From the NCBI RefSeq assembly GCF_009834535.1, contig NC_045716.1:17918001-17982000 (forward strand): a DNA stretch of 64,000 bases, in the 5' to 3' direction. The stretch comes from Camelus ferus (lineage: Eukaryota). This document shows positions 1 to 12,294 of the stretch, in pieces (positions within the stretch are counted from its first letter, which is position 1; each line of letters begins with the position of its first letter). The notes beneath the pieces are model-generated. The model was given only the letters and a program-made list of their open reading frames with translations. It had not been told where the DNA came from and did no database searches. Both the position numbers and the translations under genes were made by a program.

Positions 1-977
1 ACAGACTGAAGGAAAATATTTGCAAATCACACATCCGATAAGGACTTGTATTCAGAATATTTAAAGAATTTTCAAATCCCAATAATACAAATGCAGTTTG
101 TAAAAAGATATTTGTACACTTCACCAAAGACGATAATGTGGATGGCAAATAAGCACATGAAAGTACATATAATGTCATTAGCCATTTGGGAAATTCAAAT
201 TAAAACCACAATTGGATATCATTACACAACTATTAAAAAAAATTTTTTTTAATGACAATACCATGTGCTGCCAAAGATACAGAGGGCCTGGAACTCTCAG
301 ACATTGCTGGTGGGAATGCAAAATGATATAGTTATTTTGGCAGTTTCTTTCTTTTTTATTTATTTATTCATTTTTAACTTTTTTTATTGAGTTATAGTTA
401 TTTTACAATGTTGTGTCAAATTATTTTGGCAGTTTCTTAAGTGTACCTTTATCATACAACCCAGCAATTCTACTCCTACACATTCACCCAGGTGAAATTA
501 AAACTTATGTCTACACGTAAACTTGCAAGAGAGTGTTTATGACAGCTTTACCTGTAATCATCCAAAACTGGAAACAACTGAAATGTCCCTCAGCTAAGGA
601 ATGCATAAACAAATTGTGATACAGCCACACAATGTATTATCACTCAGCAGTTAAAAGAAATGAACTACTAACACGTGCAACAACATGGATGAACTTCAAA
701 TGCATTATGGTGAGTGAAAGAAGCCAGACCCAAAAGGCCACATATATATTGTATGATTCCAGTTAGATGACATTTCTAGTAAAGGCAAAACTTCAGGGAC
801 AGCAGACAGATCAGTATCTGCTAGGGGCTGAGATCATGAGAGGGGTGACTACTAAAGGGAATGGGAGAATTTTGGGATGATAGAACCACTCTGTATCTTT
901 AGTGGTTACATGTCTGTATATATTTGTGAAAATTCCCAGAACTGATAAGGGTACATTTTACTGCATGTAAATTATAC
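1..977 (+). mobile_element. Old L1 (L1M-type) ORF2 end / 3' UTR fragment
   Basis: Typical L1M 3' motifs (aaaatatttgcaaatca, aaattcaaattaaaaccaca, tgctggtgggaatgcaaaatg, aagaagccagaccca...tgtatgattcc, gtaaattatac); decayed, no intact ORF. Family named from recall. Confidence 0.8.
350..420 (-). mobile_element. Extremely 5'-truncated L1 3'-end insertion with 18-bp TSD
   Basis: TTATTTTGGCAGTTTCTT at 332-349 and 421-438 flanks a T-rich tail plus tttttattgagttatagttattttacaatgttgtgtcaaa, which resembles the reverse complement of a camelid L1 3' terminus. Confidence 0.75.
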
Positions 978-980
978 TTT

Positions 981-1643
981 ATTTTTTTTAATTGATGTGT
1001 AATTGATTCACAATGTTGTGTTAGTTTCAGGTATACAGCATAGTGATTCAGTTTTATATATATATTTCCATTGTAGGTTATTACAAGATATTGAGTGAAG
1101 TTCTCAATGCTATACAGTAGGTCCTCATTGTTTATCTATTTTATACATAGTAGTACATATCTGTTAATCCCAAACTCCTAATTTATCCCTCCCCCACTTT
1201 CCCCTTTGGTAACCATAAGTTTGTTTTCTATGTCTGTGAGTCTGTTTTTATTTTGCAAACAAGTTCACTTGTATCATTTTTTTAGATTCCACATGTAAGT
1301 GATATCATATGATACTTGTCTTTCTCTATCTGACTTACTNNNNNNNNNNNNNNNNNNNNNNNNNNNNNNNNNNNNNNNNNNNNNNNNNNNNNNNNNNNNN
1401 NNNNNNNNNNNNNNNNNNNNNNNNNNNNNNNNNNNNNNNNNNNNNNNNNNNNNNNNNNNNNNNNNNNNNNNNNNNNNNNNNNNNNNNNNNNNNNNNNNNN
1501 NNNNNNNNNNNNNNNNNNNNNNNNNNNNNTTTCAAATTAGAGTTTTCATCTTTTCCAGGTTTATGCCCAGGAGTGGAATTGCTGGATAATATAGTAACTC
1601 TATCTTTAGTTTTTTAAGGAAACTCCATACTATTCTCCATAGT
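981..1643 (-). mobile_element. Artiodactyl-type L1 3' fragment inserted in the end of the older L1
   Basis: Reverse-complemented L1 3' UTR (attgatgtgtaattgattcacaatgttgtgttagtttcaggtatacagcatagtgattcag...cccaggagtggaattgctggat); AATTATAC duplicated at 970-977 and 1644-1651; contains N gap 1340-1529. Confidence 0.75.
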
Positions 1644-1789
1644 AATTATACCTTAATTTTTTTAAATGGGAAGAAAGGGTGAACGAGAGGTTGAGAAGCT
1701 ATCAAGGACTGAGAAGGAGTAATTAGAAAGGTAGAGTAGAAAAATGACTGGGGTCAGGGTCAGGGGCAAGGGCCTTTCTTATCTCCCTT

Positions 1790-2200
1790 CTTTTCATAGC
1801 TACACTTCTCAGAACGCTTACTGTCTCCATTTGCTCACCTCCCCCACACCCTCCAACCCACTTCAGTCTGGCTTCTACTGCTACTCCACTGAAATGACTC
1901 TTTAGAAAACCAGTGCTGTCTGCAATACTAAATCAAATGCAAAAGTTTCAGGTTCATTTGGCCTGACTGACCTCTTAAAACATTTAACATTCTTAATCAC
2001 TTCACCTTTCTTGACACATATTCTTTCCTTGGCTCCTGGGATATCACAGTTTTTCCTGATTTTTCTCCTATCTTTCTGGACATTTCTTCCCAACATTTAA
2101 GTGTTGGGAGCTCTCAAAGTTTAGGGCTAGGATCTCTTCTGTTCTCTTTCCTAAATGATCTTATCTGTACCTATGACTTCAGTTATCATTTGTACCAGCA
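1790..2200. mobile_element. L2 fragment
   Basis: Degenerate L2-like text (cagtctggcttctactg...ccactgaaatgactct, tttccttggctcctgggatatcac). Confidence 0.55.
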
Positions 2201-2213
2201 CCATCCAATAGAA

Positions 2214-2330
2214 CAGGGGCCAGCAAACTACTGCTCACTGCCAAATCTAGTCTGCAGCCTGTTTTTGTAAATAAAGTTTTACTGGAACACAGCCATCCCC
2301 ATTGTTTGCATGTTATCTGTGGCTGCTTTG
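2214..2330 (+). mobile_element. MER58A-like hAT-Charlie MITE (runs into N gap)
   Basis: caggggccagcaaactac...gcctgtttttgtaaataaagttttactggaacacagcca matches the recalled MER58A start. Confidence 0.7.
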
Positions 2331-2486
2331 NNNNNNNNNNNNNNNNNNNNNNNNNNNNNNNNNNNNNNNNNNNNNNNNNNNNNNNNNNNNNNNNNNNNNN
2401 NNNNNNNNNNNNNNNNNNNNNNNNNNNNNNNNNNNNNNNNNNNNNNNNNNNNNNNNNNNNNNNNNNNNNNNNNNNNNNNNNNNNNN

Positions 2487-2660
2487 ATATGGTGCTCACC
2501 TAGGCACATGGGGCTATTGAGTACTTTGAAATGTGGCTAGTGTAACTGAGGAATAAAATTTATACATTTATTGAATTTTAGTTTAGTAAATTAATAACTA
2601 ATTATTAATTAATAAGTTAAATAGCTACATGTGGTTAATAGTACCATACTGAATAGCACA
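2487..2660. mobile_element. MER3/MER33-like hAT-Charlie MITE
   Basis: gcacatggggctattgagtactttgaaatgtggctagtgtaactgagg ... aatagctacatgtggttaatagtaccatactgaatagcaca with an AT-rich centre. Confidence 0.6.
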
Positions 2661-2689
2661 GAATGCCACTGAAGACTCAAATGTATAGT

Positions 2690-3050
2690 CTTCCTTTGGC
2701 ATCTGAGGGGGATTGGTTTTTGGATCCCCAAGGATACCAAAATCCACAGATGCTCAAGTTCCTTATTTAAAATTGCATAGTAAGAGGTGGCTGGTAGGGG
2801 GTGGTGTTGGGGAGGGTATAGCTCTAGTGGTAGAGTGCATGCCTAGTATGCAGGAGGTCCTGGGTTCAACCCCAGTGCCTCTGTTAAATAAACCTAATTA
2901 CCTCCCCCTATAAAAAAAGGAATAAAATTTTTTTTTAAATGGTACAGTACAATTGGCTGTCTAGTACTCATGAGTTCTGCATTCTCAGATTCAGCAATTT
3001 GATTCGCTGTTGGTAGAACTCTTGGATACCAAGGACAGACTGCATATCTC
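2690..3050. mobile_element. TcMar-Tigger (MER2-like) MITE interrupted by a SINE
   Basis: gggggattggtttttggatccccaaggataccaaaatccacagatgctcaagttccttat resembles the MER2 5' end; Tigger-like sequence resumes at about 2945. Confidence 0.5.
2809..2930 (+). mobile_element. Vic-1-like camelid tRNA-derived SINE
   Basis: ggggagggtatagctctagtggtagag (A box), gggttcaacccc (B box), taaataaacctaattacctcccc, A tail; same unit recurs at 31960, 42826 and 61837. Confidence 0.8.
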
Positions 3051-3059
3051 TACCCCAGG

Positions 3060-3850
3060 CTGCTCCTCTGAGCTTTAAAACATATCCACTTGGATGTTTT
3101 ATGGACACTCTAAACCCTATGTGTCTCAAAATGAATTCATAATCCTGCCTACTCAACCTAGTCCCCTGCAAGTATTCCCTATCTCATCCAGTTGTACAAG
3201 CCAGAAACCTAGAAACTGTGCTTGACATCTTTCTTTCTTTCACATTGCATATCCAATTTAATATTCAGTCCTGTTAACTTTATCTCCCAAACACCTCTTA
3301 AGTCGTTCACTTCTCTCCACTGCTACCACCCTAACAATTGTTTCTTATGTGGACCACTATAACAGCCCAATGGTTAATGATGTTCTTAAGTTAAAGAAGA
3401 AAATTCTTAACATGGTCTAAAAGTCCCTGTATTATGCAGCCTCTGATTACCTCAATAACCTCATCTCTGGAAGCTACCACGTTCCTTCCCACCTCAGGAC
3501 CTTGGCTCATGGTTCTTTTACCCCTGCTCCCCTTCTACCTAATTAGTTTCTACTTATCATTCAAAGCTCTCCTCGAGGGTTCCTTCTTCTGGGGAGCTCT
3601 ACTTTGCTCCCCAGACTGGGCTAGGACCCTCATTATAAGTTTTCATAGCACCCAGTATTTCTCTGTGGTAGTACTTGTTTCTAATGTGATTAAAGAATAA
3701 TTTAGTGGTTAGATAGTGAATGTTGGTCTCCTCCATTTCTGTGCAAGTTCCTTTGAGGGTAGGGTCTATCTTACTCACTACTGGTTCCCAGGGCCTAGCA
3801 CAATGCCCTTACACATGCTGTACACGCAGGAGTTGGTGAATGAATGACGG
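3060..3850. mobile_element. L2 fragments
   Basis: L2-like text (ctcaaaatgaattcat, catccagttgtacaagccagaaacctaga) ending in cctagcacaatgcc...gaatgaatga. Confidence 0.6.
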
Positions 3851-4249
3851 GAGCTCCCACTCTGCTTTATTTCCCACCTCACCTAGATTTCTGAAGTCAG
3901 ATTTGTTTTCAGATAGCTGAGGGACTCCTTTCTGCAGCTGGTTCAAAGACTGTGAAGCCTGGTCATTGTTTTTCCTCGCTTCAGCATGGGTGCTTGAAAG
4001 AGAGCCAAGGATGAAGGGGAAGGACTTCTCTAGGAGTATATTGCATATTACCTATATTATAGTTAGTGTGCATTTGTCTTACCTCCCCTTCCCCACCGTC
4101 ACCACCCCACCAGGGTCCATTTCCTTGAAAGCACAGTCCATATTTCCCATTCATTTGGGTATCATTTGTAGTAACTGCACATAGTGGGTACTCAACAGAT
4201 ATTTATGTGAACTAAAATTTTCTCAAGCCTCAAATTCCTGGGAGAAGCA

Positions 4250-4480
4250 ATATGGCACATTAGATAAAGTTAGACAAATCTGGATTCATACCCTGGATCT
4301 TCGTTGACTATCTGTTCCAGTCCCAGCTCTGCCATTCCTAGCTGTGTGACATTGGGTAAATCACTTAGACTTGCTGCACTGAGACCTCTCAGCTGCAGAA
4401 GAGAGATAATATCTATCTTGAGGAGTGAAAAGAACTAGAAAAAAAGTATGTAAAATGCCTAGTATATATTAGAATAAATA
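4250..4480 (+). mobile_element. MIR SINE
   Basis: MIR core cccagctctgccattcctagctgtgtgacattgggtaaatcactt. Confidence 0.65.
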
Positions 4481-4499
4481 GTTATTATACTGAAGTAAT

Positions 4500-5290
4500 G
4501 TAACTCTGGGTTGAATATAAGAAGAGGTCAAGTTACTGGGATGCTGCATGGCTAAAGTCCTGGAATCAAAGTGTAGAGTACTTGCCACAGAGTACATCTT
4601 CACTAAGTGGAAACGAAGGAGGAAGAGAATACCTGAGATTGTTCTAAGGGCCTTTGAGGCTTATTCTGTTACCAAAAGAACTTTATAACTGATCTTTTAC
4701 TCTAAACCAACCTTGGAAACCACAATCTCCCTGTTGTCCCAATGCTTGTTCCCCAAAATGCTTACAATGGCTCTAAACTTCTGGTGAAGGGCCCAAACAT
4801 TGTCTGCTTGGACAGAAATTGTATTCTATTCTGTACAGCAACTGCTCCAGCAGAGCCCTGGAGCCTCCTGGAACCACTCCCGAGTTAGCAGTGTATAGGA
4901 GGGGACCTCCAGTCCAGCACCTCCATAAATGTTCATGTTTCATTTTAAAGAATGCTTGGACACAGAACCACCTTTTTTATTTTTGAGTTGTATACCACAG
5001 GGAGATTAGTGTTCAGGAGCAAATAAACCATACCTTAACCTCCATGATCAAGTTCTTTCATCCACCTTCGTATCGTAAAAATGATTGTGTAACTCTATCC
5101 TTTGCCTCAAAAGAATAATTAGCATCGTCTTGGCAAAGCCCCTAAAAACAGTCAAGTCGTAGCTACTTAGACACTGTTTCCCTGCTGCCACTGTTGGGGA
5201 ATAGGTACCCTATAACTCTAGGCCCTGCCCCCTTTTTGGGCTGTGTTTCTTCCTTTCTTTGTCTCTTTCATCTTTAATAGTGTTGCCACA
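4500..5290. mobile_element. Possible solo ERV LTR (family unassigned)
   Basis: Starts tgtaac, ends ...gttgccaca; internal LTR-like text (ccttaacc, ctatcctttgcc, pyrimidine-rich end). Pattern recognition only. Confidence 0.3.
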
Positions 5291-8200
5291 GCAACCATTG
5301 TCACCAGAAGAGGCAAGATAATGTCACCCACTCTGCGCCAAGCAGTAAGTTAGAACTAACCCTGGGAAAGATAAACTACCCAGATTTCCCCATATTCCTC
5401 ATCCCACTGGGCTCTTTAAAGCGGTATTACACATTGTTAGCCTCAGTAAAGGACAGGAACAAAGGAACACCTCATCATACCTGGACCACACATACCCTGC
5501 TTCTTCTGCATGATATAGCTTGGATGCTGTGCAAATGAAAACAAAATGTGTTCACATTATTGCCCTGTTCGACTCACTTAGTTCAGATGAATAGGCACAA
5601 GCAGTCACAATCCTGTCCTATAATCCAAGGAAGAAAAATCTAAAACTCCTAAATATAAGCCCAAAAGACCCCTTTCTTGCCTTTGTATTGACATAAAGCC
5701 TAGGTTTTGTAGGCTCCCTGCTTGCTTTAGATGTGCAGAAAGTGAAGGAAGACAGTTAGCACATCTGCTTTCAAGTAGTGACAAAGAGGCTTCAGACCTC
5801 CCCAGGGACGATTCCAGCCCTGCTGACATTTTCTCCCCCAATGTTAAATGAAGTTCATTGCTAAAGGTCCTTAGAGAGGCCTTTGGGATCCCCTGGTGCC
5901 CCTGAAAGACCCTTTACTGCTGTTTTTGGAGCACTGTTGGAACTGTTTCAATTCTTTCAGCGCAGCAACCAGCTGCAGTCCTCAAACAGCTTCAGAAAGA
6001 CTTGCTCAAGGTCACCCTCAAGATAGTAACAGAAAAAAAAACTAGGAATCCCTACTCTGGGTTCTACATACACACATTCTTCTCCTAATATATGGAATAT
6101 AACCCAAATACCTTATAACTCTGGTGTCTCCTAAGACAGGGATAGAACCTAAGCAGTCCGAGCTCCTAAGCCCCCTGATCTCTCTTCCCCCGCCTCAGCC
6201 ACCCTATCCATGTTTCCTGGAATAGCAGTAACCCCTACTGGAGTCCGAGGCAGAATTCTTTGGCTATGCCAGCTCATGGTATGCAGTGAGTCAACAGCCC
6301 TGGCCCATTCCCCCCAGCATGGGCTGCCACAGTTTAATGAGTGGTTGTTTGTGGTGCTCTGAACACAGCTTGGAACTGCGCCTTCACCCCATACTGAGGG
6401 TAGCAGGTAGGGGGGAGAGAGTAGTGAAAAAGCATCATTTATTACTATAATCTTCATTGTGCATCCCACTCATGGCGTTAATGTCCCAAAATAAACGTAT
6501 TAATCCCACCACAGCCTACAAAGCAAACACTCGGCTGGAGGGCTTTGTGTGGGAGGGAAGCAGCATTAAGGACAACAGAACGTAAATAGTACCTCTTTTC
6601 CCTGGCTGGGGGGTTGGGAACCCTAGGTGGGCCTGCTTTCTGGAGTCAGCCTGGAATGAAGCAATAATCAGGCTTCAGGGAGAAGGGTGTGACAAGGTCT
6701 AGGTACCTGCAGGGGTGCAGATCTCTTAGAAAAGTGCTTTTGGATCTGCTTTCGACTTGGCTTACTCTTGCAGGTAAAATAATTCTGGGGCAAGCTAAGT
6801 TATTTTGAGCAGCAGGTCTGGAGTATGGATTTAGAAAATCATGTACCACAAAGGATCCATCAGTTACTTTGCTAGTCTAATATGTTCTTCTTTTCCGCCT
6901 TCTAGATTTCTTCTCCCAAAGCCTTTGTATTCTCTTTGGACATCAAGTGGCCAATTGAAGGAGGTCTAAATGTACAGCGCCTGCTTGATCATCAGGTACA
7001 CCAGTTTTACTTAGATATGTGATTTCGAGGACTGGGTCCTCCAAATCAAATACTTGAGACTTAAGAGAATTGCTCTCATTTCTTTCTTTTTGGAAAGAAA
7101 TCCTCTCCTTCTGGTCCTTCATGCTCTACAGTTATGCAAATCAGTGATGGACACCAGAAACTAAGAACTCAGGAAAAGAGGCCTCCAGGCTTCCCCTTTC
7201 CTTCGGTCCTATTAACTTACCTACTCCACTTTCAGCACATTCACTGCGCCCATTTTTAAGGTGACTAGGCATCCTGCATAAGGAAGGATGGTGCTTTCCC
7301 TGCCTAGTATTCTGCCAAAATGTACCCTAGTGATAAATATCATCCTATGTTTGTCTCTCCACTCTTTCTCCTTCCTCTTGCTCATTTTATTTATTTGTTT
7401 GTTTGTTTGTTTATCTATTTGCTCATTTTAAATCACACTGCTGAGACTTCCTAGAGAAAGTACTTGTAATATATTCCTTCAGAGTTGCATGTAAATTAAA
7501 TTATCCTGTATTCACTGGAGTCACATGTTAAAAGAGTCTTATGGACAGATATTTGGGGAAAATGAGGCAGCAGTTCTGTGCCCGAGTGTTGGTTCTAACA
7601 CGGTGTAAATTTAGATAAGGTTTAAGCCTCAGTTTCTTCATCTGTAAAATGAGAAGATTGCACCAGATGATCTTTAGGGCTCCTTAATAAATCTAAAATT
7701 GTATCACTAAAATGTTTTGATATATTATTTGAGATTTTATTGGTCAAAGATATTTATCTATATTTCTATCTAGAAGGATTTTTGTAAAACTAAGCTTTTT
7801 TTTTTTTTTTTTTTCCATGATAACATAGACTCATGAAAGACAATTTGGAACTATGGAAAAGTAGAAAGAAAATGGGGGGAGGCATTCATGGACCCACTAC
7901 TTTGAAAAGATGATTATTGACCTGATCAGTTAAGACCCTCCACAGACAGACATGAAAGATGCATCAGGTTTGCATATTTGGACTCCAGCCACATTACTTA
8001 TGGGCGCCTGCCCTTATAGAGACTCGACATTCTAAGAGGTAACTGATCACAGCTGCAGCTTAGGAAAAGAGTCATCTATATTTCCAGATCACAGAATGAC
8101 AAAGTCATCCACTTTTACCAGCCATAGTCTCCTGCACAAGCAGCTAAAGCCAACAACCTGGATGGCTGACTAAGAAAGGGATGAGCAAGTTCTAGAACCA

Positions 8201-8293
8201 AGTTTTGGTTTCCTCTGCTTCAGAAGATAGATATTTCCAGAGGTGGGAGGCTTTCCAATATCAAGTAGCTAGCCCTTCTATTTCATATGTCCA

Positions 8294-8297
<4 letters not shown>

Positions 8298-8339
<42 letters not shown>

Positions 8340-8352
8340 TAATAATAATAAT
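8298..8352. repeat. (AAT)14 T (AAT)4 microsatellite in PCP4L1 intron 1
   Basis: Directly visible. Confidence 0.97.
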
Positions 8353-11339
8353 AAAAATACCAGTGAGAGAGGGAGAATCTTGGATTTCCTTTAAGTTCCT
8401 ACTAGGTTTCCTAACAACTGGTTCACAGAAGACATAACAGGATGATGCCACCCTGACCAACTTCCATTGTGGAGAAGGTTGCAGATGCAGACGATATGCA
8501 CAAGAAAGAGAATGTGATCCCAGAAGTGTGATATCTCATTCCTAAGAGGACAGCAAGCAGAATAATAAAGGAGGGAATACTGGTTCTAAGCCTCCATAGT
8601 GAGGTTTCTGGTTGGTCTGTCCCTTGCTCTAGCCCTTGCTAGCCAAAACACCATGGGGATAGTTACCAGTCATCCATGACCCCCATTTCAACAGAATGAT
8701 TGCTGGACCAAGGGATTCCTCCAGCTGGGCTTCTTACAGTTGAGAAGTACAACAGGATCACTGAAGAACTTCAAGTGTGCTTTAAGCAGCCAGCTACACC
8801 ATATGACAAGAGATTATAGGAAAGAGCCTTCAGGGACTGAATGCATCTCCCATTTCCATCCTTCACTGAAACTAGCAAAAAGTTATTAAGCTATAAAAGA
8901 TAAACTGTGATTCACAGCAATCAAGTCTTGCCTGCAGCTGTGAATGCAGACAAACTGGAGATGAGTCCCTGCAGCTCCTCTGGGCATGAACACACAAACT
9001 CACAGGGAAATGCTCTGCTGCAGTACTGAGTGACAACAAAGAGCCAGGAAGGCAGTGTAGAACCAGAGACCCTCCCCAGCAACCCTTTTCAGCTGCTCTA
9101 GGTCTGGAGACCCCCTCCCCAGTTTTTGTTCTTCATTTGAAGTGGGAATCTCTTAAAAAGATCCCAAATCCTCTCATTTAATGCAGTTTCTCTGAAGCAA
9201 GAAAATAAGCAGGTGGGGGGTTGGGGGGGCATGGTGAAGCTTACGTAAGATTCAGGGTGCACAGGGCTTTCCTAGGCTAGGACTCTAGCCTGAAAGAGGA
9301 GACCCCTGGGGCTGGGCTGAGAGAAAAGAAGCAGTTTGGAGTCTCCCTAGAGTTTCAGAGCTCCAGGCAACACTTCCGCTTTTCATCATAGCTCTTATAA
9401 GAGGAAGAAAACAGGCTAGGTCTTGGTCTCTAGGGAAGTGGAGACCCTCTGGGGATCTGGTTCAGAGATAGCTAGTCTCTGTGTAAGCCCAGGTGGCTGC
9501 TTCTGGATTTTATAAATACTCATCCCCGAAGCCAGGCTCAGCTCTGTATTAGGAGGCAGCTTCGAAGGCTAAATTGCTAGTTAGAACCAGTTCACTCTGA
9601 CAGCCTGGGGGGCTGGGCAGCCCTGCAGACACTGGCAGTTAGTTTCCATCCAAGGATCCTACTCTCATCGTTCTATTGAACTCCTGATTGAGGCTAGCCA
9701 AGACCAGCTGCTAAGTCAAGACTTGACTTCCCCCTCAAAAACCAAATTGTTTTCCTTGACACTGCTTTGTGACAGCTTTGTCACTCCACCAAATACTACC
9801 CTAAGTCCCAGCCCCTATCGTATATCCTACAGAGAGGTTGTGCACTTCCTCCCCAAAAGCACAGGCTGACCACATATCTTAATGTTGGCATAGCCTTCAG
9901 ATCACAAACCCCCAGGGGATGGCTTGAATTGCAACTTTCAGATTTAGAAACACTAGAGGGGATGTTGAACTCTAGACTTCAGTGAAAAGAGGGCAAGGAG
10001 AACCTCTCTTCTCATTTTAAGGCTGAAAAGAAGCAAGCGGAAAGAAGATTGAACCTTTTTTTTTTCTCTCTCTCTCTCTTTTCTTTTTGAAAGGCTGCTA
10101 TGGTCATAGTCACAACTAGCTGAGCTATAGGAAACCAAGTTAGTTCATCTGAAGCCCCCAGACTAGCTGAATTTTCCAGGATAAACTTAGTGGACACAGC
10201 AATCAAGACATAGTAGTTGACACTGATTGGTTCCCTGGGTAACAGCTTTTGGTAGGAGCCAGCAGAGCTCCTACTAAAGATGAAGATCTAAACTGAGACT
10301 TTGGCTCCAGGGTCCTACCCCTTCACTAACCTGATATCCTTGAGATTTCTCGTGCTAGTTTTCGGTAATACTCTAAAATAGAAAAAAATAGACAGGGAGA
10401 GAATAATAATAGCTAACATGGATTGAGTGTCTACTCTGTGCCAGGCACTGTTCTAAGTATTTTGCATTTATTATTTCATTTGATCATTAGAACAACCCAT
10501 AATACCCCCATTTTGCAGATAAAACACTGAAGCAGAGAAAGATTTAGTAATTTGCCTAAGGCCACATAGCTAGTAAGTAGTAGAGCTGGGATTTGGCATA
10601 TAGCTGAGAAGTTGGATTTCACACAAGATCCTGGGTACTAGGAAAGTGGTTACAGAGAGCAAGCTTGTGATGCCATTGCCCATACCGACTTCAGGATAGG
10701 TCTTTGTCTCTGGATGCCTACAAATGCAGTCAAACAATGGGAGAGGTCTTTCCTAGTCTCTGCTTTGACCCCCACCAATGGAGGAAATGACAGCTAATGG
10801 ACTGGATTTGGCTCAGATGACCATGGAGCCTGCGGAGACCCAAGGTGTATAACAAGCACTGCAGAGGTATATCTACTCTTGAAGGGGACAACTACCCAGG
10901 AGTTGGGCAGGACCCCACTAGAGGGCCTTCTGAATATCAGAAATAGTCCCTCCAACCGTTGCTTCTTGATTGAATGAGTTGAGGGTAGGATGCCACCTTC
11001 CTAAAAGGGACAAAGTGGCCACCCTAGGGGTCGAGTGCTGGGGTTCTTGTTGAATGCTAAAAATGGAATGTCAGAGCAGTACAGCCCTAGGACAGAAGCG
11101 AATGTTTTTTCTCCAAAGTCTGCGGAGTGAATGGAAGCCCGAGTAATGTCGGGGCAGTAAGATAGGCGCAGAGAGCAGTATCCCAATGATATATATGACT
11201 TATCACCTGAGACCTCGGCACCCCGACTCTATACCGGATTCCAGTCCCCCAAAAGCTCCACTCACAATCGGGGGACTCAAAGCCTCCCTCCTCTAATCGC
11301 ACCCCAGTGCCCCAAGGTGGGAGATTTCCCAGAGGGCCA

Positions 11340-11803
11340 ATGGGGCCCCTGGAGGATTCTCCTCGGCTCTAGGCTGCCGCGCCCTCCCTTCCTCACTGCC
11401 CAGGTACCCGGAGCCTCGGCCTCCCCGCACCGCAGCCCTAGCCCGCAGCGCTGCTCACCTCGCTCATCGCCGCGGCCGGACGGGGCGCGCGGGGCGCGGC
11501 ACGTGCAGGGGAGACTAAGGGGCCTTCGGGCTGCACAGGGCGACGGCCGCGAGTTGCCGGACTCTGAGGCCGAGGCCCCGCCGATGAGGCAAGAAGAGTT
11601 AACGCGGAGAGCGGTTGCTCCCTCGCCGGCACCCTGGCAACCAGCGGTCAGCTCTCTCCAAGAGTCCCCTTCCAACCCAGTCCTGTCAGAGCCGCTCCGC
11701 GAGCCTTGGCGGGCCCCACCTTTTATAGTCAGCTCCGTACCCTCCTCCAGCCCGACCAATAGGAGCTCTTGCTGCCTCAGAGTGACAGCCCCTTGCATCC
11801 AAT
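11340..11803 (-). promoter_or_regulatory. PCP4L1: PCP4L1 CpG island and core promoter
   Basis: TATAAAA on minus strand at 11721-11727; GC-box-like ggcgggc at about 11708-11714; CCAAT at 11756-11760 and 11799-11803; dense CpG 11340-11720. Predicted TSS about 11695. Confidence 0.7.
11459..11467 (-). CDS. PCP4L1: Purkinje cell protein 4-like 1, coding part of exon 1 (Met-Ser-Glu); exons 2-3 lie left of the window
   Basis: Minus strand gcgATGAGCGAG|gtgagc in a CpG-rich exon; matches the 9-nt first coding exon (MSE) of PCP4L1 and its position head-to-head with NR1I3. Exon 2/3 sequence was not found in 1-11400. Confidence 0.8.
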
Positions 11804-12087
11804 GGTGGCAGACTCAGAGGTCTGCTGCATTTCCAAACTAGGGTAAGACAGAGAGCGGGAAGAAGGGGGAGACTGTCGGGGGATGAGAGGACGGAAAATG
11901 AAGTAGGGGGAAGCAAAGAGAGAAGGAGAGGAAGGACTGGTACACGAAGGAGGGAAGGAGAGAAAGGGAAGGAAGGAATGTGTGAGTTTGAGAAAGCGAA
12001 GAAAAAAGAGCTGGAAGGGAATCAAGAGGGTACATGTGAAGCTGTGAATGAAAGGATAAAGCCAAGAGATGTTGCAGTTAAGATTTA

Positions 12088-12294
12088 CAAGTGTTAGCCA
12101 CTATATATAAAAATAGATTTAAGGAAAAGTTTCTTTTGTATAGCACAGGAAACTATGTTCAATATCTTGTAATAAGCTTTAATGGAAAAAAATGTGAAAA
12201 CGGATATATGTATGTATATGCATGACTGCGACATTGCTCTGTACACCAGAGATTGACACATTGTAATTGACTGTACTTCAATTTAAAAAAAAAA
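12088..12294 (+). mobile_element. Camelid-type L1 3' end with poly(A) and 8-bp TSD
   Basis: gttagccactatatataaaaataga...tgtatagcacaggaaactatgttcaatatcttgtaataa...tgcatgactg...gtacaccaga...tgactgtacttcaat plus A tail; AAGATTTA at 12080-12087 and 12295-12302; TT/AAGA target. Confidence 0.8.

Noticed and set aside
2586-2615. AT-rich inverted repeat ATTAATAA-ctaa-TTATTAAT
   Set aside because: Internal part of a MER3-like MITE.
2766-2950. Possible TSD around the first Vic-1-like SINE
   Set aside because: The flanking repeats differ at several positions and leave about 26 nt unexplained; cannot be supported.
8298-8352. Short tandem repeats as a CRISPR-like or novel array
   Set aside because: Simple microsatellite with no spacers, in a mammalian context.
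1-11400. PCP4L1 exons 2 and 3
   Set aside because: Scanned by eye for the LNTK and IQ-motif exons on the minus strand and did not find them. The long first intron explains this, so it is not evidence of gene loss.
11277-11841. 173-174-aa ORFs on both strands at PCP4L1 exon 1, including a GTG-started frame in line with MSE
   Set aside because: GC-rich stop-poor sequence. The in-frame candidate at 11632 is GTG, with no evidence for a non-AUG extension.
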